From: Narcine bancroftii
Lineage: Eukaryota
Reading direction: 5' to 3'
Assembly (NCBI RefSeq): GCF_036971445.1
Contig: NC_091480.1
Span: 5,766,001-5,830,000, forward strand
Length of the DNA: 64,000 nucleotides
The notes below the pieces were generated by a model. It was not told where the DNA came from. It saw only the letters and a program-made list of their open reading frames with translations, and did not search any database. The position numbers and the translations under genes were made by a program. This document shows positions 33,501 through 57,093 of this stretch, in pieces; position 1 is the stretch's first letter; the number at the start of each line of letters is the position of its first letter.

Positions 33501-36500
33501 TTGGGTGGCCTGAGTTTAAATGGCTGGAATCCGCTTCTACTGTGCTATAAATAAACTTTTAGAAATATTTAAAGAACAGCTTTAAAACAACAGACAGCTG
33601 CCCAGAGAAGAGGAAGGTGGAAATTTGGTTAATATTCACACCGTTTCTTTCAGACAAACCAGACGGGAGCCCAGACCCGGCCGGGGTGGTAAATACCAAT
33701 GAAGCATTCTGTTGTGTGGTGCGGACACAGCTGAACACTCACTCTCTTGTGTTTTCTGGCGAGGTGGACTGCAAAGACAGTTCCGACCCAAAGTTAAAGG
33801 CCCCGCAGTGTTACCTGGAGCTAAAGACCAGCCGGGAAATCTACAGTCCAAACCAGCAAAGGAACTTCCTTAGGTTGGTAAAAGCAAAGATGAATTCATG
33901 TGGTTGTAAATGTCAATCCAAGTCAGCCCCTGTCCACTCAGCGAGAGGTGCCACAGTTGGTGTAGCAGTTAGTGTGACACTAATACAGCACCAGCAACTG
34001 GGGTTCGAATCCCGCACTGTCCGTAAGGAGTTAGTATGTTCTCCCTCTGTGTGGATTTCACCCAGGGGGTCTAGTTTCCTCCCACCCTCCAAAATGTACT
34101 GGAGTTATAGGTTGATATACTGTAGTGTAATTTGGCGGTTTGTGTTTAAATGGTTGGAATCAGCTTCTACCGTGTTGAAAATAAAATATAAATTAAAGAG
34201 AAGCAAAAGAGGGTCATCTCAGAGACACTGACTGTCCGTGGATTCGCCTCCACCACTCCTGTGGCTTCTGCAACCACACAAAACTTCAGTTCAGTTCACA
34301 CATTGCCAACCCGTCCAGATTCAAACCTCCAACATGATGGTCATGATGTTACAAATTATGTCTGTTAGATGATGAACCCCAACTGGAAAACGTAATGTTT
34401 GCTTACTGTTTGGCTGTGGGATGTTAAGGACAGCAAAAGCAATAAGGCCAAAAGACTTGGGAGCAGAAATAGGCCATTCAGCCCATTGAGTCTGCCCTGC
34501 CATTTAATCATGAGCTGATCCATTTTCCCACTCAGCCCCACTGCCTGGCCTTCTCCCCATAACCTTTAATGTCCTGGCAAATCAAGAACCTATCAATCTT
34601 TGTCTTGAATACACCCAATGATCTGGCCTCCACAATCGCCTGTGGCAACAAATTCCAGATTCACCAACTTCTGGCCGAAGTCCTCTGCATCTCAGTTCTA
34701 AGCGGACGACTTTCAATCCTGAATTGCAATTGCAATCCTCAATCCACATATCACCACGTTAACCCTGTCTTTGTAGATTTAAGCTGGTCAAGTGGTGGGC
34801 GCAGTCCTTCTTGCCAGGAGTACCTCGGATCATAGCCGGTTTTCGGAACGATAACGGCAGAGTGGTCTCACTTCAGACTTTTTAAACAATGAAGATCCAT
34901 CACCTGGTGAAGGTACACTTGCAATAAACTTTTTAAAAACTGGACACTGAAAGTCTGAAATAAAAATAGTCTGTGCTAAGCCATTTTTTTTTTTGCCTAG
35001 TCCCAATGACCTGCACCCAGTTCATAGCCCTCCATACCCCTCCCATCCATGTACCTGAACAAATTCTTATTAAATGTTAAAAGTAAGCCCACCTTTAACA
35101 TTGAATTAGAATTTGACATGGTGCTCGGTTCCATTTCTGAATGGGGAGAATTGGACCAGAGCTGCTTTCAGTTCAGGGAGAGATTTTGCTGGTTACCCTT
35201 GACCCAAAAACTCCTTGCTGAGCACACTGGCTGGCACTCTGATGTTACCACAAGAGTGCATTGGCTGAAAGCCACATTTGGACGATGTGGGATCTGAAAG
35301 ATGCTACAGAAATGCAGAACCAACCTTCCTGAAACTCCACCCCTCCCCCAAAGGATGAACAAAACACTGTGTAACTACAAGGGTGCCAGAACAAGTAAAG
35401 GAGTAGACACAATTCCACAAGTGTCCATTTACAGACAGAAGGATTTGGATTGGTCAGGGTTGGGGTCAGTTTTGTTTGGTTAGGGTAATGTCAAGTTTGG
35501 ATTGATCAGAGGTGGGTTGGGTGTGGATTGGTCCGGGTTGGTTCCAGTCTGGATTGGCTGGCATTGGTTCAGGTTCCAACTGGTTGGGGTCAAGTTTGGG
35601 TCAGGTTGTAGCTCGACTTGTGGTTTGGTGGAGCTCGGATGTTATTGGCACCCCTGGTGATTCCTCTCCCAGGACATGGCATTAAAATTCTACAGTGGTG
35701 TGTGACTTGAGGGGGGGGGGGGGGGGTGTAGGGGAATGAAGTGTCCCATTGCTGCAGTAGAGTTTCCATGAGGAGCTGGTATCAATAATTCCACACCAAA
35801 CTTCAGATTAAAGACTTCTTTGCTCCCCTTCCTCACAGAATGAACAGAGAAGCTGGAAGCCAGCCGTCTGCCTGAACTTCTGCAATGCCTTCCTGTCCTT
35901 CGTGAAGCAAGCGGTCACCAAAGACGATCGCCGGTACAAACCATTCACTGTCCTACAGGAATCTCGGAAACAATGGTGTGGGGAGAGGGGGGGTGAACTC
36001 CATTGTGAGGCCTGCATCTGAGAGGCTGAGAAGATAGTTGGTTTTCAGAAATAACCAATTATTCTAATTAAACAAGAACATCTGCAGATTCTGGAGTTGA
36101 GTCAATACACAAACATGCTGGGGGAAACTCAGCAGGTCACAGTGTCTTTTGGAAGTAAAGAGTAAGCAATGTTTTGAAACGTTGGTTATTTTCTGCTTCC
36201 TATAGATGCTGCACGATCTTCGGAGTTTCTCCACATTTGTGTTTTGCAATTATTCTAATTCACCAGCCTCATGTTAGATGGTCAATGTCAGACAATGGTA
36301 ACAATTAATGCACAAATATTGGCTGAAATCAAATCAAACCCTCAACATCTGTGATGGAAAGAGGAAACAAAAGCCTTATGAATTTTGGGCCAGTTGAAAT
36401 GGATTTTCATTGAACTAGTGGTGGCTTCACAATAGGAGTGAAACGCAAAAGTCTACAGGTGCTGTGATTGTAGTTTTAAAAAAACAGAAATGTTGGAGGA

Positions 36501-39500
36501 TCTCAGCTGGTCTTGCATCGTCCAGAGGAGGTAAAGATATATGACTGACATTTCGGACCTGAGCCCTCTCATGTTGGTCCCATGCACTGTCAGACAGAGA
36601 CCACTTGCAAATTGGAGGAATAAGACCTAATTTTTCATCTGAGCCCCCTCCACACTCTCCATCTGGGTGGCATTAACATCAACTTCTCTGGTTTCTGTTA
36701 GGCCCCCCACCCCATCTTGTTTCATTCCCTCTATCTCCATTTCTTTCTCCCCTTTTCCCTCTGTCTCCTTTCACAGAGCCAAAAACTACCCTGCTCCCCC
36801 TATCAATTCTCATCTTTCCTCTCTCTTGTCCTCTCATCATGTCAAATTAACACCTTTTGTCTGTTGCTCTGCACTCCTCCCCCTCCCATTCTCCCCTTTC
36901 CACCACCAGCTTTTTTAATATGGGCTTCTGCCACTTTTTGCTCATGACTTGGATGAAGGGCTGGGGTCCAAAACATCCGTCATGCATCTGGACCTCTTAT
37001 GGACGCCACAAGTCCTGCTGAGTTCCTCCAGCATTTCTGTGGCTTCACAATAAATGTAGAGGTAAAATGGTTAATTCTGAAGTGTTTCAAGTTCAAAGGG
37101 AAACTTAATGAACGAGTAATAAAGCAATGGAATAATTGCGGTGATGGAAGAAAAATAATGTTTGAATTAATATTTTTCATTTGGTGTTCAGCAGCTTTGT
37201 GGATATATTTCATTGAACAGGGAGAGAGTGGCTCACTAACTCCACGTGTGGAGAAAACCCTTGTAGAGCACTTCCATAAGAATGTCATAAATCCCAGCTG
37301 AAGGAGGCCAATTTTCCCAAAGAGCCTCCTCCACCATTCAATATGGCCATATAACCATAGAAAATTATAACACAAAAAACAGGCCATTCAGCCCTTCTAG
37401 TCTGTGCCAGAACATAATTCTGCTAGTCTCACTGACCTGCTCACATTCCATAACCCTCCAGATCTCTCCCATCCATGTATCTTTCCAATTTATTCTTAAA
37501 ACTTAAGAGTGAGCCTGCATTTACCATGTCAGATGGCAGCTCAATCTAAACTCCCACCACTCTGAGTGAAGAAGTTCCCCCTAAACCTTTCCCTCTTCAC
37601 CCTAAAGCCATGTCCTCTCGTATTTCTCTCTCCTGTGGAAAGACTCTACTCGCCTTTACTCTGTCTATACCCCTCATAATTTTGTAAACCGCTTTCAAAT
37701 CTCCCTCATTCTTCTATGCTCCAAGAAATAAAGTCCTAACCTGTGTAATCTTTCTCTCTAACTCAACTCCTGAAGACCCAGCAAGATCCTCGTAAATCTT
37801 CTTTGCACTCTTTCAATCTTACAGATATCCTTCCTGTGGCTTGGCGACCAGAACTGCACACAATACTCCAAATTTAGCAAACACCAATGTCTCGTACAAC
37901 TTTGCATAACATCCCAACTCCTGTACTCAATGCTTAGATTTATTAAGCCCAAGATACCAAAAGCTTTCTTCCTGTGACACCACTTTCAGGGAATTGTATA
38001 TCTTTATTCCCAGATCTTTGTTCCTCCGCACTCCTCAGTGCCCGACCATTTACTGTGTATGTCCTACCTTGGCTTGTCCTTATAAAATGCCTCACTTCAT
38101 GCTTGTCTTTAAATTCCATCTGCCATTTTCTGGCCTTTTTTTTCCAGTTGGTCTAGATCCCTCTGCAAGATTTGAAAGCCTTCCTCTCTGTCCAAAACTC
38201 CTCCAATCATAGTGTCATCGGCAAACTTGCTGATCCAATTTACCACATTATCATCTGGATCACTGATCGAGAGAACAAATATCAATGGTCCCAGCACTGA
38301 TCCCTGAGGCACACCACTAGTCACAGGCCTCCAGTTTGAGAAGCAATCATCCACTTCCACTCTCTATCTTCTCCCATTCAGCCAACTTTGAATCCATTTT
38401 ACAACCTCTCCATGGACACTTAGTTTCTGAACCTTCTGAACTAACCTCCCATGTGGGATCAAAGGCCTTACTAAAATCCATGTAGACAATTTCCACAGTC
38501 TTTCCTTCATCTACTTTCTTGGTAATCTCTAAAAACTCTATAAGATTCATTAAACACGACCTACCACACACACATCCATGCTGACTATCCTTTAATCAGC
38601 CCTTGGCTGTCGAAATACTTGTATATCTGATCTCTCAGAAAACCCTCCAATAATTTACTTGCTACTGACGGCAGGGTCACCGAATGAATGATCTGGCCGT
38701 GGACTCAGCTCCACCTGTTCCCCATCACTCCCAATTCCCCTGCCATGTACAGATCTATCTGCCTTAAATACTTTCGATGAGGCAGCCTTGACTGCTTCCT
38801 TGGATGGGGAATTCCACAGATTCAATATCCTATGGGGCTTAGACCACTAAACCAGCCATTCTTGACCTTTTTTTAGGCTATGCCCCCACCCCCAGGACTC
38901 CTCAGAGTTGATAGGCCCCCTTCCCTTTGAAGCAGTCTTAGTTTCTTCTGTACTTCTTTCCTCCGGACTATATAAAAAAAAATATTTATGATAATGAGGG
39001 TTTTTAAAAAAAAAAGCAAGGCTTTTTCTTAAATGTGCTGTGGCCCCCAGGGTAAAGGGGGGAGGGGGGTCACTGGGGCCCCTGTTGAGAATGGCTGTAC
39101 TAAACTGCATTACCATGGAGTTTATCAAGAGCAAGCCAATGCAAAGGGTCATCATCGAGGGTTCAGAAGTGCAGAGGGTCAATATCCTCAAATTCCTGGG
39201 TGCCAACCATCTCAGAGGATCTGTCCTGGAGCGTCCATGTTGATCCAATCACACAGAAAGCTCGCCAGCGTCTATACTTTGTGAGGTGTTTGAGAGGTTC
39301 GGTATGTCACTGAAAACACTCAAAAACTTCTCCAGGTGTACCATGGAAGGCATTCTGGCTGGTTGCATCACTGCCTGGTATGGAGGCATCAACTCTCAGG
39401 ACAAGAATAAGCTCCAGAGGGCTGTTAACTCAGCCTGCGACATCACAGGCACCAGACTTCACTCCATCGAGGACATCTACATGAGGTGGTGGCTTAAAAA

Positions 39501-40090
39501 AGCAGCCTCTATCCTCAAAGACCCCCACCCCCCGGCCATGCCCTCTCACTCTGCTACCATCGAGACAAAGATACAGGAGCCTGAAGACAAGCACTCAGCG
39601 ACACAAGGATAGATTCTTCCCCACTTGAATGATCAGCGAACCAAAGAGACTGCCTCACTTTGACTTTTCATACACTATAAACCATCTAACCATTTACGGA
39701 GCGGAAACAGGCCATGTTGGCCTTTCGAGTCCGCACCGGTTCACTGATTTTGTGTGCCCTCTTCAGGCATGGGTGATTTTAAGTGTAGTGTATCTTTGAG
39801 AATTTTAAACTATTTATTTCTTTTTGTGCGGTGGTTTATATAAATGTTTGCTCTGTGATGCTGCTGCAAAACAAAAATTTTGTGGCTTATTCTTGACGAT
39901 AAATTCTGATTCCGATATTCTTTATCCTTTCCTTTGCTGCAGGATGGTCACCCTTTTCTCCTGGGAACCTGGTAAAGATGTTTCGTATTCAGTTCACTCG
40001 GATGATGTGTTTGCCTTCCTCCCAGACTGGTATGTGGAGAGTATGACAGGTACTACCTCTTGTGCTCTGGGTGAGGAAACCAACAACTGA
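30562..40090 (+). CDS. DXO: Decapping exoribonuclease DXO (Dom3Z/Rai1 family); one in-frame TAA at 34883-34885 in this sequence
   Basis: Coding exons 30562-31010, 32668-32894, 33654-33873, 34777-34912, 35839-35933 and 39943-40090 are all GT-AG and in phase (1275 nt). Motifs: FITWRGHLTK, YMSEVET, GYKFEQY, FSGEVDC, YLELKTS, KWWAQSFLPGVP, FSWEPG, AFLPDWYVE. AATAAA at 40588-40593. Probable 5' UTR exon ends at 27389 (GAG/GTAAGG). Confidence 0.95.
31045..31520 (-). mobile_element. Rex1/Babar-type RT fragment
   Basis: IYKFADDTTVVG...WCNNNLALNVTKSKELIVDFRK on the minus strand. Confidence 0.8.
36445..37050 (+). mobile_element. Penelope-like element 3' fragment bracketed by inverted terminal-repeat copies
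   Basis: ~36585-36700 reads CQTETTCKLEE*DLIFHL...GININFSGF, resembling the C-terminus of the PLE GIY-YIG endonuclease. Both flanks are the same repeat as at 13833-14124, in opposite orientations. Confidence 0.7.
37385..38680 (-). mobile_element. CR1 LINE RT fragment, 5'-truncated
   Basis: GRSCLMNLIEF, VYMDFSKAFD, WRPVTSGVPQGSVLGP, ISKFADDT and LEYCVQFWSP on the minus strand. Confidence 0.9.
38853..39097. mobile_element. hAT-type MITE (related remnant ~20890-21082)
   Basis: TIR CAGCCATTCT(T/C) / AGAATGGCTG. Flanks CACTAAAC and TACTAAAC (7/8 TSD). Confidence 0.75.
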
Positions 40091-42906
40091 CTCTCCATGG
40101 GAAGGAGTGGGGTGCAGTTCTGTACAGTTCTGTACAGTTCTGTACAGCAGGACACTTCAAAGTACCCAAGTGGTCAAACAGTGCCTGTAAATTTAAATAC
40201 ACCTGCTCCACCATGGAACTCTGCTCTTTCTTTGTGCTACAGTTTGAGGATGGTGCGGTGTAGACAAGCAAACATTCAGGTCCCTCCAAGCTGACTGCTG
40301 TCCATTCTCCAAGGGTGAAACCTAAACATCTTCAGATGCTGTGATTGTGGTAAAAACAGAAAGCCTTTCTCTTCCCCCAACAAGCACTGTTACCTCCAGT
40401 GACCTGTACTTGGTGGCAGAGCACGTGTAACACACAGCGTGGAAATGAGAGACATTCAGACTGCAAGAACTGCTTGAAGGCTATCAGAATTCAGTCCGAC
40501 GTGATCGTCTGATAGGTGCCCATGCTTGTTTACCTTTGAAATGGATTTGGACCATACAACCTGTGCAAAGGACTTTTACTTTCTGTAAATAAAATTGGAT
40601 TGATGTGGGGTTGGTCTAAATGGGCCATGGATGGTTGGCACAGACCTGGGCTGAGGCGCTTGTGCTGCATTACTCTGTTTCTCAGGGCTGCAGTAGCCTT
40701 TCAAACTAAGTTATCAACTTGTGTTCTTCAGCAGAACAGATTTCTAACCAGGAATCCTGTCCCTAGAAATAAATAGCTTCCACCTGACTGCTCTTGGTCA
40801 GTACTTGTTGTAATTTAGGAGAATGAGGAGTGGGGGGGGGGGGCTGAAATCTCATTGAAACCTTTCGAATGGTGTAGACAGGGTGGATGTAGAAGGGCTG
40901 TTTCCCATAGTGGGAGAGTCTTCTTAGAACAGATATGTGGTGGAATTTTGTCAGCCAGAAGGTGATAAATCTGGAATCATGCAATATGAAGGCATTTAAG
41001 GGAGAAACTGATACATTGCTGATTAGCCAGGACATAAAAGGCTCTAGCTAGAAGTCCAGGCAGTAGGGCTCAATGAGAAAATGGATTAGCTCATTTGAAT
41101 GGCGGGGTAAACACAATGGGCTGAACAGCCTATTTCTTCTCCTGTGGTCTGAACACTTTAGGACTTTACCACCCTATCTACTTGAGTAGGCCCGGCCCCC
41201 GGAGGGCACATGGGATTGTGCCCTCTAGGGCCCTCTCCACCCTCGAAGGCATAGACTGAAATCATAAAATATTTATTATGTAGTCAGTAGGAGAGAGGTG
41301 TGGAAGAAAACACTTGAGGGCTTCACAGGGAAGGGAATCCATAAACTTTGAGCAGTCCTGAGAAGCCAGAAAAGGTTGAGAATGTCTGGTTTAGTGGGAC
41401 ATGGAAGGGACACAGGCAATGAAACAAACTTGAGTCAAGAATCAACTTGGTCAAGATGAAAGTTGAGCTGAAGAGCCTGTTTTCCTGTTGTAAAACATTT
41501 GATATTCTTCCCAAGTTCTTGACAACAGCAGGAAATATTCATCGTACAGAAGGAGCCCATCGAGTGTGCAGCAGTTCCCTGTACAGTAGGGCACTTTAGA
41601 CCAGTGGTTCTCAACCATTTTTTTCCCACTCACATTAGTAACCACAGAGCCCCCATGTATCATGTGACTCTGTCATTGTTTGTCCCGTTTTGCGAAGGAT
41701 GGGCCTGGCCCTGTTGCCATGGTATGTCCCAGTCAGCTGGACTTTGCCACACTACCTATCAGCACAGAACTACCTGCAGACACTGAGAGACTTGGACTTG
41801 GTGGGGTGGTTCCCTATGTAGACCGTCATCTGACAGAACGCCTCACCGGCAGGACTCACAAATAAGCACTAGAACTTGGCCTGGCTGGCGGTGAGAGGGT
41901 CACTGTGGTCAGATCCAGAAAGACTGGCTGAGTTCCTCCAGTATTTCAGTTTGTTTTTCTTAGATCCTTCCTGTACAATCAGAATATCACCAACAATGCT
42001 CATTGTCCCGAGTTGACTACAGTGGAGTGGAGGCCATCGTGCACCTCTTAGCAGAATTCAGATTGCTAAGAGTGTGTGGAGAGGGATGCAATTGTTGTGC
42101 TTCATCTTCTGCAGCAGCGTGAAAGAGGATTCTGATTTATGGGTTATTCCCAGGGATGCATCCAGAACTGCTCAAAGACCATCAACATGGTGAAAGATAG
42201 ACCCTTAGTCCACCCGAAACGTGTTGGTCTTCCAGCACACAGATGCAGGAATCTCATTAGTTATTCAGCACCAAATTGTGGAGTCTAATCTGGATCCCAA
42301 CACCTATAAAAATCTTCAAGTAAATTCCAGATTCCTTTATTATCATGTAACAGTCCAGAATATGTAATATTACACAAAATAGCCTTCTTCCTGCCGTAAA
42401 GCAGACAGAGTCGCCATTAGTGTTGCCTGGTGCCCCTCACAATTCAAGAAAAAAAGAGTCCCTTCAGAGTCACTGAGTGTCCGTGGATTCGCCTCCAGTT
42501 CTCCCGCAGCCTCTGTAGCCACACAGACTCCTGTTCAATCCATCAGCCGCCCGAGCTCCAGATCCCAACCTCCAACACGATCAGGAAGCCATCAGCATCC
42601 AAGACCCTCAGTGCCCTCTCGAATCTCAGCTCCGATACCTGGTTTCCATAAGCCAGTCTCCGGCAGCCCACAGCCCACATGGGACCCCTGACCACAAGTC
42701 TCCTTCAGCCCGTGTGGGATCCTCAGCTGTTGTGGTACTGTCCTTTAGGACATTGAAGTGCTTGGAGATGTCAGAGGATCAATGTGTCCTGTTGCAGGGT
42801 TTGTCAAGGCTAGTACAGAGCTCCACTAGTAATTGGGGAAAGTGAACAGGGAGAACCAAATACAAAAGTGGAGGCTTATGCTTCAGGTGTGGAGCAACAT
42901 CTGGAG

Positions 42907-43037
42907 CAGGGCTTCTCAACCTTCCTTTCCCACTCACATCCCACCTTAAGCAATCCCTTACTAATCACAGAGCATCAATGGCATAGGGATTAGTTAAAGT
43001 GGGATGTGAGTGGAAAGAAAAAGGTTGAAAACCACTG
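42907..43037. mobile_element. Palindromic Charlie/hAT-like MITE (related pieces ~28226-28340, 28451-28500, 41602-41650)
   Basis: CAGGGCTTCTCAACCTT...CCACTCACATCCCAC and its inverse GTGGGATGTGAGTGG...AAGGTTGAAAACCACTG. No clean TSD. Confidence 0.7.
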
Positions 43038-45029
43038 GGATAGTGTGTTGGTCTTCTTAACAATGGATGTAAAAGCATTGAAAACTGTTCTGAGAAGTTC
43101 CAGAGAAACGATCCCCTTTTGTCCAACCTCTTCTGAAGCTGATGCTTTGTAATTCAAGCAACATCCTGCGAACCTCCTCGAAAATCTCCACATCCTTCTT
43201 ACAATGTAGCACTCAGTCCTCGACACTACTCCGTGGCCTGACCAAGGCATGGTACAGATCCAGCACGACTTCCCGATTTTTATCTTCACTACCCTGACTT
43301 ATATGGGCAGGTTTGCTGCTTGAGCATATGGTCAGGAGTCCAGGGATGTGACCAAGTGCCCTCTGCAGATTGAGAGGGCGAAAATGGGTCCTTTGGCCCG
43401 ACTTGCCAACAATGACCATTATATCCCAGTCACACTTAGTCCCATCTGCATTTGGCCCAGATCCATCTAAATCCATGGATCCGGTTCCATACACCCACCA
43501 CCCTCTCTGTGTAAAAAGAAAAGTTGCCCACAGAATCCTGTTAAATTTTCTCTCACCATAAACCCACATCCTCTGGTTACCGATTCCTCTACTCCAGGCA
43601 TTAAACTTTTTGTGTTTGCCAAATCTATTCTTCTCATGATTTTACACACCTCTGTGAGATCACCCTCATCCTCCTGCACCCCCCACCGAGTCCTGGCAAC
43701 ATTCTGTCAGTATGATGGGCAACAGGATCTTAGACATTAGGAGGGAATCTATCCTGGAACCTCCATATCGATGTGATCATGAAGAAGACTCACCAGCGGC
43801 TATTCTTCATGAAGAGTTTGGGGAGATTTGGTTTGTCACCAAAGACTCTTGCAAATTTCTACAGGTGTACTGTGGAGAGCATTCAGACTGGTTGCATCGC
43901 TGTCTGGTACAGAGGTGCCAATGCACAGGCCAGGAAACGGCTCTAGAGTTTTGAATTAAGCCAGCGCCATCACAGGCACCAGACTTCACTCCATCAAGGA
44001 TATCAACATGAAGCAGTGTCTTTAAAAAGCAACCTCTATCCTCAAGGACGCCCCTCCACCCAGGTCACACCCTCTTCACTCTGCTACCATCAGTGAAAAG
44101 GTACAGGAGCCTGAAGACAAGCACTCAGTGGCACAAAGACAGCTTCTTCCCCTCCAACATCAGATCCCTGAATGATCAATGAACCACACGTCTGACTTTC
44201 CTATTTTCTAGCTCTATTTCTTTATTTTTGATACAGTATGTGATTTATAGCAATCTTTGCACTGAGGCTACTGTAAAACAACAAACTTAGTGACATGTTC
44301 ATGACATTAAATTCTGATCCACATCCAGCTGCGGCACAGAGAAGCTCCTGCCGGCAGTCAGTGGCAGCCCCACAGAGACCGGGTACAGTAGATGGTGAAT
44401 TATTGAGGTGAGTGAAGACCAACACACTGGTGCAGGGGCTAGACCTACTTTCTCGCAGTTTCTGAGACCCAGGTTCCACTCTGGCATCAGGCACTGATTG
44501 TGTGGAGTTTGCACACTCTCCCTGTGACTGGTCCGGTTTTCTCCCACTTCTCAAACATGTACAGAATGATTGGCCACTGTAAGGTGTAGGTAAGTGAGAA
44601 GTGGATTAGGAAGATTTGATGAGTTAATGGACATTAATGAAGGATTGTTGAAAATGGATGGGAACACAGACTCAATGGGCCAAAGGGTCTTTCTTTGAGG
44701 TCTCTGACTATATTTGCAAGGATAAAGGGCAGCTGCAATGTGATGTCAATGGGCCAGTACAGACAGGATGGCCTGAATGGTCTCCCTATTCCTGCTGAAC
44801 GACAGGAGTTGGGCTGAAGGATCTGCCACCTGTCACGCTTTGGCAGAATGGGGCAGGTACCAATGACGGAAACTTTCCGCAAAAGGGGTCAGGGATGGAA
44901 AGAAGAGAGCAGTGGATCTCCCCGAGAGCTGGGAATCTCCACACAGCGGAGACGGACTGGGAAGGGGATGGGTGTGAGGTCAAGGATCAACAGTAATGTT
45001 ATTGAAGAGTGGAGGAGGCCAGAATCAGA

Positions 45030-45975
45030 TGTTTGGATGTTCGCAGTTTTGTGCCAGATATTTTGGCACCCACATTATGGTGACAGACATTTGGCCAAAG
45101 AAACAAGACTTTTGCAGACCTGCTACATTTTGGCACCAACCTAAACAATGAATATAAATTATCAATTAATTAATTTTATAGAAGTTGATTATTATAAAAT
45201 TATTCATTTTATTTATTGATTAATTAATCAAATTTATTAAAATTGTTTCAATCAAAATCCTGCTTTCAGAAGGTTCACCATCTCTGAGTAGAAATGGTTT
45301 GCTTTTGTTGCAAGTTTCGTAGATCTGGAATTCTAGGTCGAGCAAATTTGTTGGATTGGGAGGTGCCTGATACATTTCTTTGGGCTCCCTTCATGTAGTC
45401 GTTTACAAGGAATCAAGACGTGGACTGCCCCTCGGACTGTCCCCTCAGACTGCCTGTGACACATCGGCCAAACGTTGATTAAGAATCGTGGAAGCAGCTT
45501 CTAAAGTTCTTTGAGCACGGTGCTGAACCGACTTTGACTGGTGCAGCAGGAGAACCATGATTTGTGTTGATTAATTTCACAAAACTCTTCACCCAATTCA
45601 CCCTTTGCATGTATTCCTATTCTCGCCTGGCCAAACACAATCCAATCATCTATCTTCCTGCCCTTGTCAAAAATATAAAGATAACCGTTATGGGCAAATT
45701 TCTCTTTGCCTCTTGTACTTAAAATGCCAACCATTGGAGGGTGAATTACACTAAAGATGTAAAAACCTAATGATGATCCAAGACACCAAATTACTGTCAA
45801 GAGCACGGTCAGACAACTCAAACACACAGAGTATGTGGTTTTCCATATCACTCTAATCGAGATGATCACATAAACCAAAGTGATTATTTGTGAAATAAGT
45901 GAATAAAGTGTGGTGAAATCTAACTGTTAACACCAAAATGTCCAGCACCAAACTGGACACAAGGGGCCAAATGGC
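45030..45975 (-). mobile_element. Probable MULE/MuDR remnant with FLYWCH-like N-terminus
   Basis: Minus-strand ILSTRGKEKFAHNGYLYIFDK. Clustered ATTTTGGCACC motifs on the left, inverted CACCAAAATGTCC motifs on the right. Confidence 0.5.
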
Positions 45976-46234
45976 CTCCTGACCTCGTAGAAATTCAAGA
46001 AACAGAAGCACGTTCATTGTCACATTGCTCTTGGCACAGGGAGAAGGGATTGTTCTGTGAATGGACAGTGGTAGGAATAAGAAAACAGCCCATTGCAGTG
46101 TGGCGGTGGAAGATCAGTCAGCACAGAGCAAAAGCAGCGCATTGTGGGCTCCTTCAGGAACCTGATGGCTGTGGGGGAGAATGTATTTCATAGAGTAGAT
46201 TCATTTCCCCCCCCCCCCCCTGCAGACCTGGACC

Positions 46235-56223
<9,989 letters not shown>

Positions 56224-57093
56224 TCAGCCATGAGATCACCGCTGGAAACAAGGATCTTCCCACCTGACCTGCTGGCTCGGGAACTGCAGCCAAGGACGAG
56301 CTATGAGGTGTCTATGGAATCGGGGAATATCCAACATTCCAGCATAGTACAGGCCCTTCAGCTTGCAATGTTGTGGTGACCTAAGTAAACCTACTCCACA
56401 ACAATCTGACCCTTCCCTCCCTCACACCCATAACCCTGCATTTTTCTGCCTTTTGAATGTCCCTATTGTACCAGCCTCCACCACTACCCTAGGCAATGCA
56501 TTCCAGGCCCCCACCCCTCTCTGTGCAGAAAATTACCTCTGACATCCCCCCTAATCTTCCCTCCCCTCACCTTGGGAAAAACTGTCCATCCATTCTAAGC
56601 CCCTCCTAATGGTATCTACCTCTATTAAGAAGGGATGAAGATCCAGGAATAATCATTCACTTGTGAATCAAAAGTCTGCAGGTGTGTTTCAGGGAGCTGA
56701 GGGTGAACAACTCATAGTTTGAGTGCCCCAAAATTAGTGGGGTGGGGGGGGGGGGGGGAGGTGGGGAGTGGGAAATGAAGCTAAATACTTGGGCATCTGG
56801 TGGAAGAGTGAGGAGTGAGTGGGGTCAAGGCCAGCCCTGGGTCAGTGCGGTGGGTATTGGGGGAGACAGTCATAGAGTGGTATGGACAGAAAGAGGCCCT
56901 TCAGCCCTCCACATCCATTTTGACCCTAATGCCCAGCTGTACTAATCCCATTTGCGGCCTTTTGAAATGCCTCTCAAACATGATGATTTTATCTGATTCC
57001 ACTACCTCCTCTGGCAATCAGATCCACATATCAATCAGCTTCAAGTGTTAAAAAATATTTAACCCTCAAATCCCTTCCTCTTACATACAAGGT

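Noticed and set aside
34883-34885. Programmed readthrough or selenocysteine recoding of the DXO stop
   Set aside because: The codon is TAA, not TGA, with no readthrough context or SECIS evidence.
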